Counted from the first letter of the stretch, positions 10,661 through 20,159 are shown. The stretch is 24,093 nt of DNA from Octopus sinensis (GCF_006345805.1 NW_021836967.1:1-24093), one strand, 5' to 3'. Made by a program: numbers and translations. Notes: generated by a model not told the origin, from the sequence alone.

Positions 10661-10858
10661 ATCCAACATGAAAACACAAAGAGAAAACACAACGCGAGGA
10701 CGTGGAACAAATATAGTATTATTGGATGCTCAGGAAGGAAGGGAAGAAGGAGGGTTTAACGTTTCGAGCGGAGCTCTTCGTCAGAAACATAGGAAAAGGA
10801 AAGATCCAAGGAAGGGAAGACAGAGAAAGAAAATCGCCAACGGTACACACGCGGTCAC
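10657..10858 (-). mobile_element. Probable Penelope-like element terminal-repeat fragment inserted in the (TA)n
   Basis: A non-microsatellite block absent from the other family A copies, with microsatellite on both sides and a minimal hammerhead motif, an established hallmark of PLE terminal repeats. Confidence 0.6.
10754..10788 (-). ncRNA. Minimal type I hammerhead ribozyme motif
   Basis: The minus strand reads GTTT-CTGACGA-A-GAGC-TCC-GCTC-GAAAC-GTT-AAAC: stem I GTTT/AAAC, core CUGANGA, stem II GAGC/GCTC, GAAA, loopless palindromic stem III (ACGU), NUH = GUU. Confidence 0.72.
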
Positions 10859-11884
10859 ACACATATATACGACGACTTCTTTCAGGTTCCGTCTACCAAA
10901 TCCACTCACAAGGCTTTGGTCGGCCCGAGGCTATATTAGTAGACACTTGCCGAAGGTGCCACACAGTGGGACTGAACCCGAAACCATGTGGCTGGTAAGC
11001 AAGCTACTTACCACACAGCCATTCCTACGCCTTTATTTATATTTGAAAAGCTTTCTCCAACTTTTCTTTTTAAATTGCTGAGTCTTTGGTCACATCTTCC
11101 CTATGACATCACGAACATTTCGAAATTATATTTCCAATCATATAAACCCTTTCGAATATTATTTTAGCAAGTTTAAAGTGATTTCTTTTGTGCCGTAAAC
11201 CGTTTACCACTTCTGTGGTGCCCCTCCCATCTCTTTGATGCCTTAAGCACGTGCTTACCTTTGCTTAACGGTTAATCCACTGTTGTCACTTGCCATTTTG
11301 TATTTTGTATTCTTCATTTGTAAGTTTTAATATTCAGTAATGAAGGTCATCAAAAGATGTGTGAACTTGTGCTGAAACTCCGAGTACAACGAATAATAAT
11401 TTATGACAGGGATGTCAGATCACTGAAGAAACCCAGTACATCTTTCATATTGTTCAGTTATGATTTTAGTGCGACTTAACTGTCATTTCCAGCAGATTGA
11501 ATGTGGACAGAGAAACCCTCTCATCGTTTCTTTGTCAGTCTATTAATATTGTGACATATTTATGTTTTCAGAAAAACCTGCACGCTAGTATCTTCGACTT
11601 GTGAAAGCATACATTTCTACACCGCCATAGCACCAGGTCCTGAAGATTCTGTCGTTCGTTGGCAATATTCGCCAAAGCTTTTATTCGTTGCTGTTGTTGT
11701 TGTTGTTGTTGTTTTCACACATCATTGATGGTCATCTGACGAGAAGGAATAATCTTGATTCATCCGTGAAGATAAAATACTGCAAGAAATTGTCATCACT
11801 CGTATTCTTTGTAGAATTCAAAACATTTCTTTCTTTCACTAACATTATTATTTATAAATACATGCCTGCATGCCTAATCCACAC

Positions 11885-11901
11885 ACATTATATATATAAG
11901 C

Positions 11902-11981
<80 letters not shown>

Positions 11982-12053
11982 TATATATATGTGTATGTAG
12001 ATATATAGATATATATATATATATTATATATATATATATATAATATATATGTG

Positions 12054-12095
<42 letters not shown>

Positions 12096-12096
12096 G

Positions 12097-12163
<67 letters not shown>

Positions 12164-12175
12164 TGTATATATTAT

Positions 12176-12254
<79 letters not shown>

Positions 12255-12265
12255 TGTATGTATTA
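11885..12265. repeat. (TA)n then (TATG)n microsatellite
   Basis: Directly visible. Confidence 0.95.
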
Positions 12266-12746
12266 TGTATGTTCGAGAAAGGCCCTGGCGTAAATTCCGG
12301 ATACTTTTAGAAACATCCTAATGATATGTCAGGGAGGGGGGGGGAATAAATGGGTTTTTTCCCCTTCCCTTCCATTGCTTGTAGTGAAATTCTTCAATAA
12401 CAAAGTATTGGTCTACTTCCTGTCATTAGAGGTTAGTTCTCTGAGCCTTCTCTTATCTCTTGAACTCAGGGATAGCTTTTTCTGTCACAGCCAGTTTTTA
12501 TAGCTGCTGTCTGGCTGTCTGTGTGTCTGTGTGTCCCTCCCTCTGTCTCCTCTCTATATTTCATTCTTTCCTTTGATAAACTATTGTGTGTATGATGATT
12601 AATGTAATGTTGAGTTTTACGTTCTTTCACAGTTTTTCAGGTCTCGAAAAGTCCTCCAGCGATGATCTTTTCAAAGTAGAGATACAACTCATGGCTTTTT
12701 ACAATGTGACAATAGATCGTTCATTCGTTTCCCTCTCTCTTACACC

Positions 12747-12830
<84 letters not shown>
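12747..12830. repeat. (TATC)n microsatellite, about 21 units
   Basis: Pure ATCT repeats from 12747 to 12830. Confidence 0.95.
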
Positions 12831-12831
<1 letters not shown>

Positions 12832-12834
12832 GTA

Positions 12835-13213
12835 ATGGATAGCCGCTTTGTACAGAGGCATCCGTTCGGTAATTCGCGTGAATGGATATCTATCGAGACC
12901 TTTCGACATCGCACGTTCGGTCCGTCAGGGATGCCCCCTCTCGTCGCTTCTATACGTATTGACTCTCGAGCCATTATTGCGGAAGCTGGCAACTTTGAGG
13001 GGCATCCCGCGAGAACTGGGATGCGGGACGAGCGTGTCTGCATACGCGGACGACGTCACTGTCATAGTGTCTAGCCACGAGCACATCGAGCAGGTCGGCG
13101 AGACACTGAAAAACTACGAAGCGGTGACAGGAGCGAAAATCAACCGGGAAAAGTCAGTGGGCTTGCGACTAGGCACCTGGAGAAGCAAGCCCATGCCGTC
13201 CACCAAAAAATAG
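12835..13213 (+). pseudogene. L1/Tx1-clade LINE reverse-transcriptase fragment, frame still open
   Basis: WIAALYRG...VNGYLSRPF...VRQGCPLS (RQGCPLS at 12923-12943)...SAYADDVT (YADD at 13043-13054)...YEAVTGAKINREKS. These are non-LTR RT motifs of L1/Tx1 character. It is truncated at both ends. Confidence 0.95.
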
Positions 13214-13214
13214 T

Positions 13215-13570
13215 GCGTTGGAGGGGTTAGGGTAGAGGAATGATAGATCAGGAGGATTGGGTAAGGGTGAGACGTTGCAGAGAGAGAGAAGGCGGACACC
13301 TGATTAACAGACAGAATACGGGCGAGGGTAGCTTAGATAACAGTGGGTGGAGGTATCCTTGTTGGGTGACATGACGTCCTTCTTGGGTGACGTAACGAGC
13401 CAAGAATTGGGATTGAGTCTTGAAGTTTGCGATCGTCACTAAAGAGACGACGAAGTGGATGGGGGAAATAAGAGAGGATACACAGTGTGATTAGTGCAGG
13501 AGTAGGAGTAGTTCAGGTGGGAGTGGATGGAGGCGATAAGAGAGGTGTGGTTGATGGCTACAGAAATGTC
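13215..13570 (-). mobile_element. Unclassified interspersed fragment, possibly a Penelope-like ORF N-terminal remnant
   Basis: It begins GTGAC directly at a (TG/TA)n edge, as 10858 does. The minus-strand peptide QSQFLARYVTQ loosely recalls the PLE N-terminal FLxxC...IP motif. Weak evidence. Confidence 0.3.
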
Positions 13571-13595
13571 ACACACACACATATATGTATGTATG

Positions 13596-13635
<40 letters not shown>

Positions 13636-13688
13636 GTGTATATATATATATAATATATACATATGTGACATTCATATATATATATATA

Positions 13689-13720
13689 CTAGCTGAAGGT
13701 GACCCGCTCTACGCGCGGGT
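13689..13720 (-). mobile_element. Helitron 3' terminus
   Basis: The minus strand reads ACCCGC-GCGTAGA-GCGGGT-CACCTTCAG-CTAG|T: a 6-bp GC hairpin about 9 nt before CTAG, followed by host T at 13688. Confidence 0.75.
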
Positions 13721-13756
13721 AAGAGTGTGGTTGTTACTTTCTGTTGCTTCCTTTCA

Positions 13757-14070
13757 GCACGTAAAAAGCACCATCCGAACGTGGCGGATTGCAGCGCCGC
13801 CTTGACTGGCTTCTGTGCCAGTGGCACGTAAAAAGCACCAACCGATCGTGGCCGCTGCCAGCCCCCCTGGCACCTGTGCAGGCGGCACGAAAAAAGCACC
13901 CACTACGCTCACAGAGTGGTTGGCGTTAGGAAGGGCATCCACCTGTCGAAACACTGCCAGATCAGACTGGAGCCTGGTGCAGCCTCCTGGCTTCCCAGAC
14001 CCCTGTCAAACTGTCCAACCCGTGGTAGCACGGAAAACGGACGTTAAACGATGATGATGATGATGATGAT
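13757..14070 (+). mobile_element. 5'-truncated SINE (family C) or LINE-tail element with a (GAT)n tail
   Basis: Three internal GCACG(T/A)AAAAAGCACC repeats (13757, 13824, 13885), the motif GGTTGGCGTTAGGAAGGGCATCC, and (GAT)7 at 14050-14070. The short tandem tail is typical of RTE-mobilised elements; the family assignment is from recall. Confidence 0.8.
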
Positions 14071-14397
14071 TCTCCCTTTTTGTTTCTTTCTCCTTTCCTC
14101 TCTCTCTCACTTTCCCCTCTCTTACTCTTCCTTTCTCTCGGACTCTCCCTCGCTTTCTCTTACTCTCTATCATTTATGTATCTCTCCTCCCATTTATAAA
14201 CAACAAAAGATCTTGAGTAAGTTGAGAAATAAAATATTTAGAAAGATCAATCATAAATATCAGGCATTTACAAAAGGAAAGGTCTGCTTCAAGACAGACA
14301 GCAAAACACTAACATTTAAAAGGGACAGACGAACTTGCGAGCTGAATAAAAAAATAAATATTGGAAACCAAAGTTGAAGGGATAGAATTTGAGGATA

Positions 14398-14646
14398 GTA
14401 GAGTCACCATGGCTGGCATTTCTTAACGACGAACAGCAACGTATTGACAGTTTCAACGGCTGGCGTAAAATTTTGAACTTGATGTAAAAGAAAATCCCTA
14501 AAAACCAAGTTTTGACTTGATTCTTTCTCACGACAGTAGACTCACGATGGCAAGCATTCAAAACTTCTTCATCATGGACGGCAACACATGACGATTAAAG
14601 GCTGGAGCAATTTTTTAGCTTGATGTAACAGAGATTGCTAAACACC
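14398..14646. repeat. Diverged tandem duplication, period about 138 bp
   Basis: GTAGAGTCACCATGGC (14398) versus GTAGACTCACGATGGC (14536); ACTTGATGTAAAAG versus GCTTGATGTAACAG; CTAAAAACC versus CTAAACACC. Confidence 0.7.
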
Positions 14647-14758
14647 GCTCCGCCTTTAAATTTTAATCCCTTCCAGCCCCATTTATACCCCCTTTCACCT
14701 TTTTGTTATATAACCCATTTAATTTGGGTCTACTGGGGCCACATTTTATAAGATGAGG

Positions 14759-14954
14759 ACTCAACCAAGTTTCCCAGTCTGGTCATAGACCATAGAACAC
14801 TCAACCAAGTTTCCCGATTTCTGGTCATAGACCATAGAACACTAAACCAAGTTTCCCAAGTTCTGGTCATAGACCATAGAACACTAAACCAAGTTGCCCG
14901 AGTTCTGGTCATAGACCATAGAACACTAAACCAAGTTTCCCGAGTTCTGGTCAT
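14759..14954. repeat. 42-bp minisatellite, about 4.7 copies
   Basis: Unit ACT(C/A)AACCAAGTTTCCCGAGTTCTGGTCATAGACCATAGAAC starting at 14759 (40 bp), 14799, 14841, 14883 and 14925 (partial). Confidence 0.95.
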
Positions 14955-15639
14955 TGCAGAATAAATAAGACGCGGCGGAGGTGGCAGACGTCGTTGCAAT
15001 GTAAACATGATTTGTTATAAGAGAAAGATTGTCCAGATTGTGTGTTGGTGGTGTTGGTGGTGGCGATGATAATTATCATTAGGAAAAAGAGTGAGTGAGT
15101 GAGGAAGACATACATAAGTTGTGGCGATGATAATTGTAGACCCCTTTCACATTTTGATGAAGAGAACCGATTTCATTCGGGTGTACTGGGCCACATATAG
15201 TGTGTGTGTGTGTGTGCACGCTGTAGAAATTAAATTAGAGATAAAACCACTAATAGGGAAATGAAACAGTAAAAACCAAAAACAAAAACATAAAAATAAA
15301 AATATAATATTAGATATATGTATATGTGTGTGTGTGTGTGTGTGTGTTGACAGGTAGACATAGAATGCGATGGCGATGGGGATGGCGATGTAATATTTGT
15401 TACTGTCCATGAACGCTGATAGATACATGAGTAAATGTATAGGAAGGTAAGAGATAGAGTGAGTGAAAATGTTCTTGGAAGAGAGTAAATAGCTACAGAG
15501 TGATTTGAGGAAGACTTTTTTACAATATAACGGTAGTTGCATTGTCAAATGAAGAGGAGTGACAGAGTAGTGGAGGAAATAGGGTGAGGTAGGAAGATGG
15601 CCCCTAGCAACCACACCTTTTAAGATAGGGATTTGTAAG

Positions 15640-15768
15640 GTAGCCCACGCGCATCGTCACCTCATTCTACATGTCGCTGTAAATTTTGGAGCGAATCGGA
15701 CGGGATGTAGTGGCATTGAAAGCGAACCAAGCGGTAAAAACGCATTTCAGTTTTATATATAGAGAAGA
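15640..15768 (-). mobile_element. Helitron-type 5' terminal region
   Basis: The minus strand begins A|TCTTCTCTATATATAAAACTGAAAT, resembling the 5' end at 5164. It shares CGTCCGATT-CGCTC-AAATTT (15681-15702, minus) with 16699-16719. Confidence 0.65.
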
Positions 15769-16048
15769 TATGTCCTGTTCTTGTCACATTTTTCTTTTTT
15801 TACCCCTCTGCAAAAAGAATTTTATTTAATTCATTTTGCAGGAAGGACTGCTTCGACCGGATCGTGTTCTGCCCTTACCTTCGAAACACGCATTGAGTCG
15901 AACCAGGGGCAGCGGATGAAGGGGAATATTCCTTGTATTGTTTTGTCTTGTACTCTGTGTTTTCGTTGTTAAAAAAAGTCCGTTTCCTTGTTTGTTTTTA
16001 TGTTTTCGTTTCTCGTTGTGTTCTACGTTTATGTTGTGGTGTCCTGTA

Positions 16049-16050
<2 letters not shown>

Positions 16051-16120
<70 letters not shown>

Positions 16121-16265
16121 ATATATATGAATGTATATATACATATAGATGTAGTATGTTACTATGTGTATGTATGATTTTTATTTGTTAAATTGTTATT
16201 ATATATATATATCTATTATATATATGTGTGTGAATGTGTGTGTGTGTGTGTGTGTGTATGTAAAT
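16051..16265. repeat. (TA)n/(TG)n microsatellite
   Basis: Directly visible. Confidence 0.93.
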
Positions 16266-16269
16266 ATGT

Positions 16270-16560
16270 GGAGGCATATGGCCTGCTGGTTAGAGCAGCG
16301 GACTCGCGGTCGAGGGATCGCGGGTCCGAATCTCAGACCGGGCGATGTCTGTGTTTATGAGCGAAACACCTAAGCTCCACGCGGCTCTGGCAGAAGGTAA
16401 TGGCGAACTTCTGCTGACTCTTACGCCACAACTTTCTTTCCTATTTCCTCCTGCATCATGCAGCTCACCTGCGACGGACCGGCATCTCGTCCAGGTGGGG
16501 AACCTATACGCCAAGGAACCGGCCCGTATGAGCCAGGCATTACTCGAGAAGGAACAAACA
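16270..16560 (+). mobile_element. tRNA-derived SINE family D, full length
   Basis: A-box-like TGGCCTGCTGGTTAGAGC, B-box-like GGGTCCGAATC, central CCTGCGACGGACCGGCATCTCGTCCAGG (resembles the V-SINE domain, from recall) and an AAC-type tail. There is no tRNA acceptor stem. Confidence 0.85.
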
Positions 16561-16635
16561 TATGTATATATACATACATATAAATATACATATGTATGTA
16601 TATATAATATACATGTATGTGTATATGTGTATACA

Positions 16636-16860
16636 TCTATTATACAAAATCCGTTCTGTCTGTCTGCGTGTGTGTCTTCTAGGATCTTGGGCATCCTCCG
16701 TCCGATTGCGCTCAAATTTGATGTGTAGATACCCACGGTATCAGGGCGTGTGTAACTCTTGAAAAAATTACAAAACTCGATTCCATGCGGTCGATAATCC
16801 CGTGGGAACGTGCATTTGTAAAATCGTTTTTCTTGGAATAGAAAAAAAGTCTATCTTTAT
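16636..16860 (+). mobile_element. Helitron-type 5' fragment; 3' end not found, right boundary approximate
   Basis: A|TCTATTATACAAAATCCGTTCTGTCTGTCTGCGTG, followed by CCGATTGCGCTCAAATTTG. The architecture matches the other Helitron 5' ends in the window. Confidence 0.6.
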
Positions 16861-17504
16861 TTCTTCTTTTACTGGCGTCTCAAATTTAGGTTAAATCAGT
16901 GTTTCTCAAAGAGGAGGCCTAGGGACAGTCGGACAAGTTGTTTTGAGAAAATTTAGTTTAAATGTTTGACAACTCAGCACCGTCCATTGGACGGAGGGCG
17001 TGTTGCTCGTATATATATTAATGCGTATATATATGCGCGTGTGTGTGCATGTATATACGATTCTCCAGTTAATTGTGTGTGTGTATGTATATATATATGT
17101 ATGTATGAATGTATGCATGTATGTATGTATGTATGTGTGTGTGTATGTATGCATGTATGTATGTATATATGTATGTATTAATATATATATATGCTCAAGA
17201 TGTAACCGAAGTTAGGGCTGATTAGTAGGTTTCACACTTTGCTCGTATATCTAGGGCAGTACGAGGAGTGGGTACGAAACCACGGGATAGGCTAGAGTAC
17301 GGATTACGAAACAGCAAGTAGTGTTAATAAAACGCAGAAAACATATTATATGATACCAAATACGTTTTCTGAATTTTTTTTAGTTATATAAATGTATATG
17401 TGTGTGTATGTGCATGCGTACATGTATATCGTTGATAATATTAAGGAAGTGAGAACTTGATGCATAATTGTAAACTAATAACTTTATTCAAATGCTGTAT
17501 TAAT

Positions 17505-17885
17505 CAACTCCTACTTCACGCCGCCGCCGAGGTGATCTCATTCTCGCCCACAACATCATAAGCGGAAAGTGTAACCTCTCGAAAGAGCTATTCTTCACTC
17601 CTGCTCCAGAGCGTCGGCCGCGGGGTCATTCCGAAAAGCTCTACCTGCGACGATTTCGTCTCAATCGAAGGAGAGGAGCTTTCTCCGTCCGGGTTGCGGA
17701 TCCGTGGAACAAGCTGCCAGACGAGATGGTGAAGATGCCGACGACCGCTTTGTTCAAAGCCTCCCTTGACCTCAAGTGGCCTGAACTCTTTACATGAACA
17801 CCACCCTGTACTTAACTCCATGTCCCCCTACATGGCCTTGCTATTTGCTTTTGAGGCAAATTAACTAACTAACTAACTAACTAAC
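17505..17885 (+). mobile_element. CR1-clade LINE, 5'-truncated 3' end (ORF2 C-terminus, 3'UTR, (TAAC)n tail)
   Basis: Frame 17519-17797 reads RRRRGDLILAHNIISG...RGHSEKLYLRRFRLNRRRGAFSVRVADPWNKLPDEMV...FKASLD..., a typical CR1 C-terminus. Stem-loop CCATGT/ACATGG at 17818-17835 and (TAAC)6 at 17862-17885. Confidence 0.9.
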
Positions 17886-18399
17886 ACGACCGTGAGTTTC
17901 ATCGTCCATCGAATAAGATATAAATTCAACTTCTCTCTCAGAATTCTATGATAATAATGTTTGAATTTTCCGAATTGCACCTATATTTGCACCTCACTTT
18001 CTCTCTCGAAATCGCTTGGTTAAGAAAGTTTCCATAGCAATTTCTAAATTTCTTTATTAATGATGAAATCTTTAGAATAATGGGGAGTTTTATATTGTGG
18101 CCATCAAAAGACTCGGCTACAGCGGTACTATTTCTTATGTATGTATCTGTGCGAGTATTTAATATTGGTTTTATGTACAGAATTTCTGGAGTTATATCCA
18201 TTGTTTAGTACTTTAAAATGCGATGTAATTTTAGCTTAATCGTTTAAAGTCCATAGATAATGAGAAATTAACAATTAATATAAATTAAACTAGGAAAGCA
18301 GATTGCTTAAGATCCAAATACTATTTAATACAAAGACAATCTACAAGCAAAACGAGCGCGAGAACTATACTCCCTCCACAACATCGCCATCGTTTAGCT

Positions 18400-18816
18400 C
18401 AGTAGTCCCCAACCTTTCTTTATGCCCCTGCACCCTTAAAATCTTTTAATATGTTCCCACACCCCTTGAGGTAATAATTCATATAAGAATAAAGGCCCTC
18501 TTTGAACCCCCTGTAAATCTGGCCCTGCTCACACCCCCTAGAATGCTATCTTATTTCTTTATTGCCCACAAGGGGCAAGGCATAAAGGGGACAAACAAGA
18601 ACAGACAAAGGGATTAAGTCGATTACATCGACCCCAGTGCGTAACTGGTACTTCATTTATCGACCCCGAAAAGATGAAAGGCAAAGTCAGCCTCGGCGGA
18701 ATTTGAACTCAGAACGTAATGGCATACGAAATACCGCTAGGCATTTCGCCGAGCTTGCTAACGATTATGCCAGCTCGCCTGGAATGCTATCTGGCACCCT
18801 TGGTTGAGAAACCCTG
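18400..18816. mobile_element. hAT (Charlie-like) MITE interrupted by a SINE
   Basis: Left end CAGTAGTCCCCAACC (18400) and right end GGTTGAGAAACCCTG (18802-18816), 10/15 inverted match, with recurring CACCCC motifs inside. The 8-bp TSD is not preserved. Confidence 0.55.
18552..18781 (-). mobile_element. tRNA SINE family B, full-length solo copy with a perfect 11-bp TSD
   Basis: It aligns with 5504-5737. GAATGCTATCT flanks it at 18541-18551 and 18782-18792. Confidence 0.93.
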
Positions 18817-18841
18817 GGAAGAGACTTACACTTACCCAATG

Positions 18842-19045
18842 GCCTTTAGACGAGCAAATCGACCCCAGGACTTATTCTTTGTAAGCCTAGTACTTATTCT
18901 ACCGGTCCCTTTTGCCGAACCGCTATGTTACGGGGACGCAAACACACCAGCATCGGTTGTCAAGCGATGTTGAGGGGACAAACACATACACACAAACATA
19001 TACACACACATACATGCTTCTTTCAGTGGGAATGAACCCGGAACC
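18842..19045 (-). mobile_element. SINE family A, partial copy with deletions
   Basis: GAGCAAATCGACCCCAGGACTTATTCTTTGTAAGCCTAG...CACACCAGCATCGGTTGTCAAGCG matches the other family A copies. Confidence 0.88.
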
Positions 19046-19374
19046 TCCCTATATTTGTCTGTATTGCACTTTCAGTTTTTTTGTCTTACTGGTGAGAAAG
19101 TAAGCTGGATGCACATTATAACCAGGTTCAATCAAAAGTTATTTCGGATTTTCGCTAATTAATTTTTGCGACTTCTTTCTCCATGTTATATCATTAATTT
19201 AACACAATTTGTCTATTCATTGCTGAATTGTTTAATCTTTATTTTCATATATAACAAACAAATATTAATTTTTTATTCTTTAATATTCATCGTAGATAAT
19301 GAGTGGTCAAAAAAATTGTAATTGTAGAAGTATAACCAATTTAATGCTTATAAATTTTAACAACAAAATCTTAT

Positions 19375-19417
19375 GTGGACCCGCAAGCCCAATGCGGGCC
19401 CCGGTCGAGAACCTCTG
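19375..19417. mobile_element. Orphan hAT-like right terminus
   Basis: GGTCGAGAACCTCTG (19403-19417) resembles the terminus at 18802-18816. Its partner end is uncertain. Confidence 0.4.
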
Positions 19418-19424
19418 AGTTATC

Positions 19425-19573
19425 TCCCTTTACTCTTTTACTTGTTTCAGTCATTTGACTGGCCATGCTCGACTTATTCTTTGTTAGCCTGGTCCTTATT
19501 CTATCGGCCCCTTTTGCCGAACCGCTAAGTTACGGGAACGTAAACACACCAGCATCGGTTGTCAAGCAATATT

Positions 19574-19630
<57 letters not shown>

Positions 19631-19862
19631 TATATACGACGGGGACAGAAACAAACGCAAAGACACATGCATGTTTATATACACTTATAAATACAAGCGA
19701 CGGGCTTCTTTCAGATTCCTTCTACCAAATCCAGTCACAAGGCTTTGGTGGGCTCGAGGCTATAGTAGAAGACACTTGCCCAAGGTGCCACGCAGTGTGA
19801 ATGAACCCGGGACCATGTGGTTGTTAAGCACGCTACTTACCACACAGCCACTCCTGCACCTA
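19425..19862 (-). mobile_element. tRNA SINE family A, near full length with a (CA)n linker
   Basis: Tail, body and head align with 3644-4072, with a deletion of about 30 bp after GGCCATGCT. Confidence 0.92.
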
Positions 19863-20159
19863 TACAGATTTTAACATAAAAATAGTGCCTTCACTGTAGT
19901 GAAAACTATATTTAGACATCGGCGTCTGATACACCATAAAGCCTTATAAAGATCGTTGAAAGTTTCTGTTTTTTAAGCGAAAACTAAGAGAAGTAACTTT
20001 AGTCAATGTAACAACAACGACTGGTAAATTAATGGTTCAAGTTCAAACCTACACAATAGTGATTAGAGATAGGGCACGACTAGAAATGGATGCGGAAATT
20101 ATTTTCCTGTCAAAGAGGGAAAAAACATTTTAAGTGCACTGTCGGGGATTAAAGAATGT

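Larger units (their letters stand above)
10131..11032 (-). mobile_element. tRNA SINE family A, full length, central linker expanded by about 300 bp of (TA)n/(CA)n plus a nested about 200-bp element
   Basis: The 3' body (10131-10340) and head (10865-11032) align with 3644-4072. Confidence 0.92.

Noticed and set aside
10400-12230. Phase slips (TT or AA) within (TA)n arrays as a coded pattern
   Set aside because: They are irregular and best explained by slippage or long-read indel errors.
14410-14490. BIR-domain-like phrase EQQRIDSFNGW
   Set aside because: A stop follows within about 8 codons and none of the Cys/His zinc ligands or the GFYY-like motif appear.
14759-14954. CRISPR-like array
   Set aside because: The units are contiguous near-identical repeats with no unique spacers, there are no cas genes, and the context is eukaryotic.
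14730-15008. Repeat protein (MTRTRETWFSVLWS)n
   Set aside because: The frame is open only because the unit is 42 bp. The first unit is 40 bp and there is no splice or expression evidence.
15846-16051. Second hammerhead candidate (CGGATGAAGGGGAATATTCC; nearby TTCGAAACACG) in a T-rich block abutting (TA)n
   Set aside because: The core is CGGAUGA rather than CUGANGA and no GAAA follows the putative stem II. The block may still be a repeat end, but I cannot classify it.
16270-16345. tRNA gene (also the heads at about 870, 4000-4070, 5650-5737 and 18700-18781)
   Set aside because: A/B boxes are present but there is no complete cloverleaf, and each runs into a SINE body.
16897-16955. Tiny hAT MITE (CAGTGTTTCTCAAA ... 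TTTGAGAAA)
   Set aside because: Only 9 bp of inverted match, the right terminus lacks CACTG, and there is no TSD.
18400-19417. One 1-kb hAT element from 18400 to 19417
   Set aside because: Flanks match only 5/8 as a TSD and a nearer compatible terminus exists at 18816. Not fully excluded.
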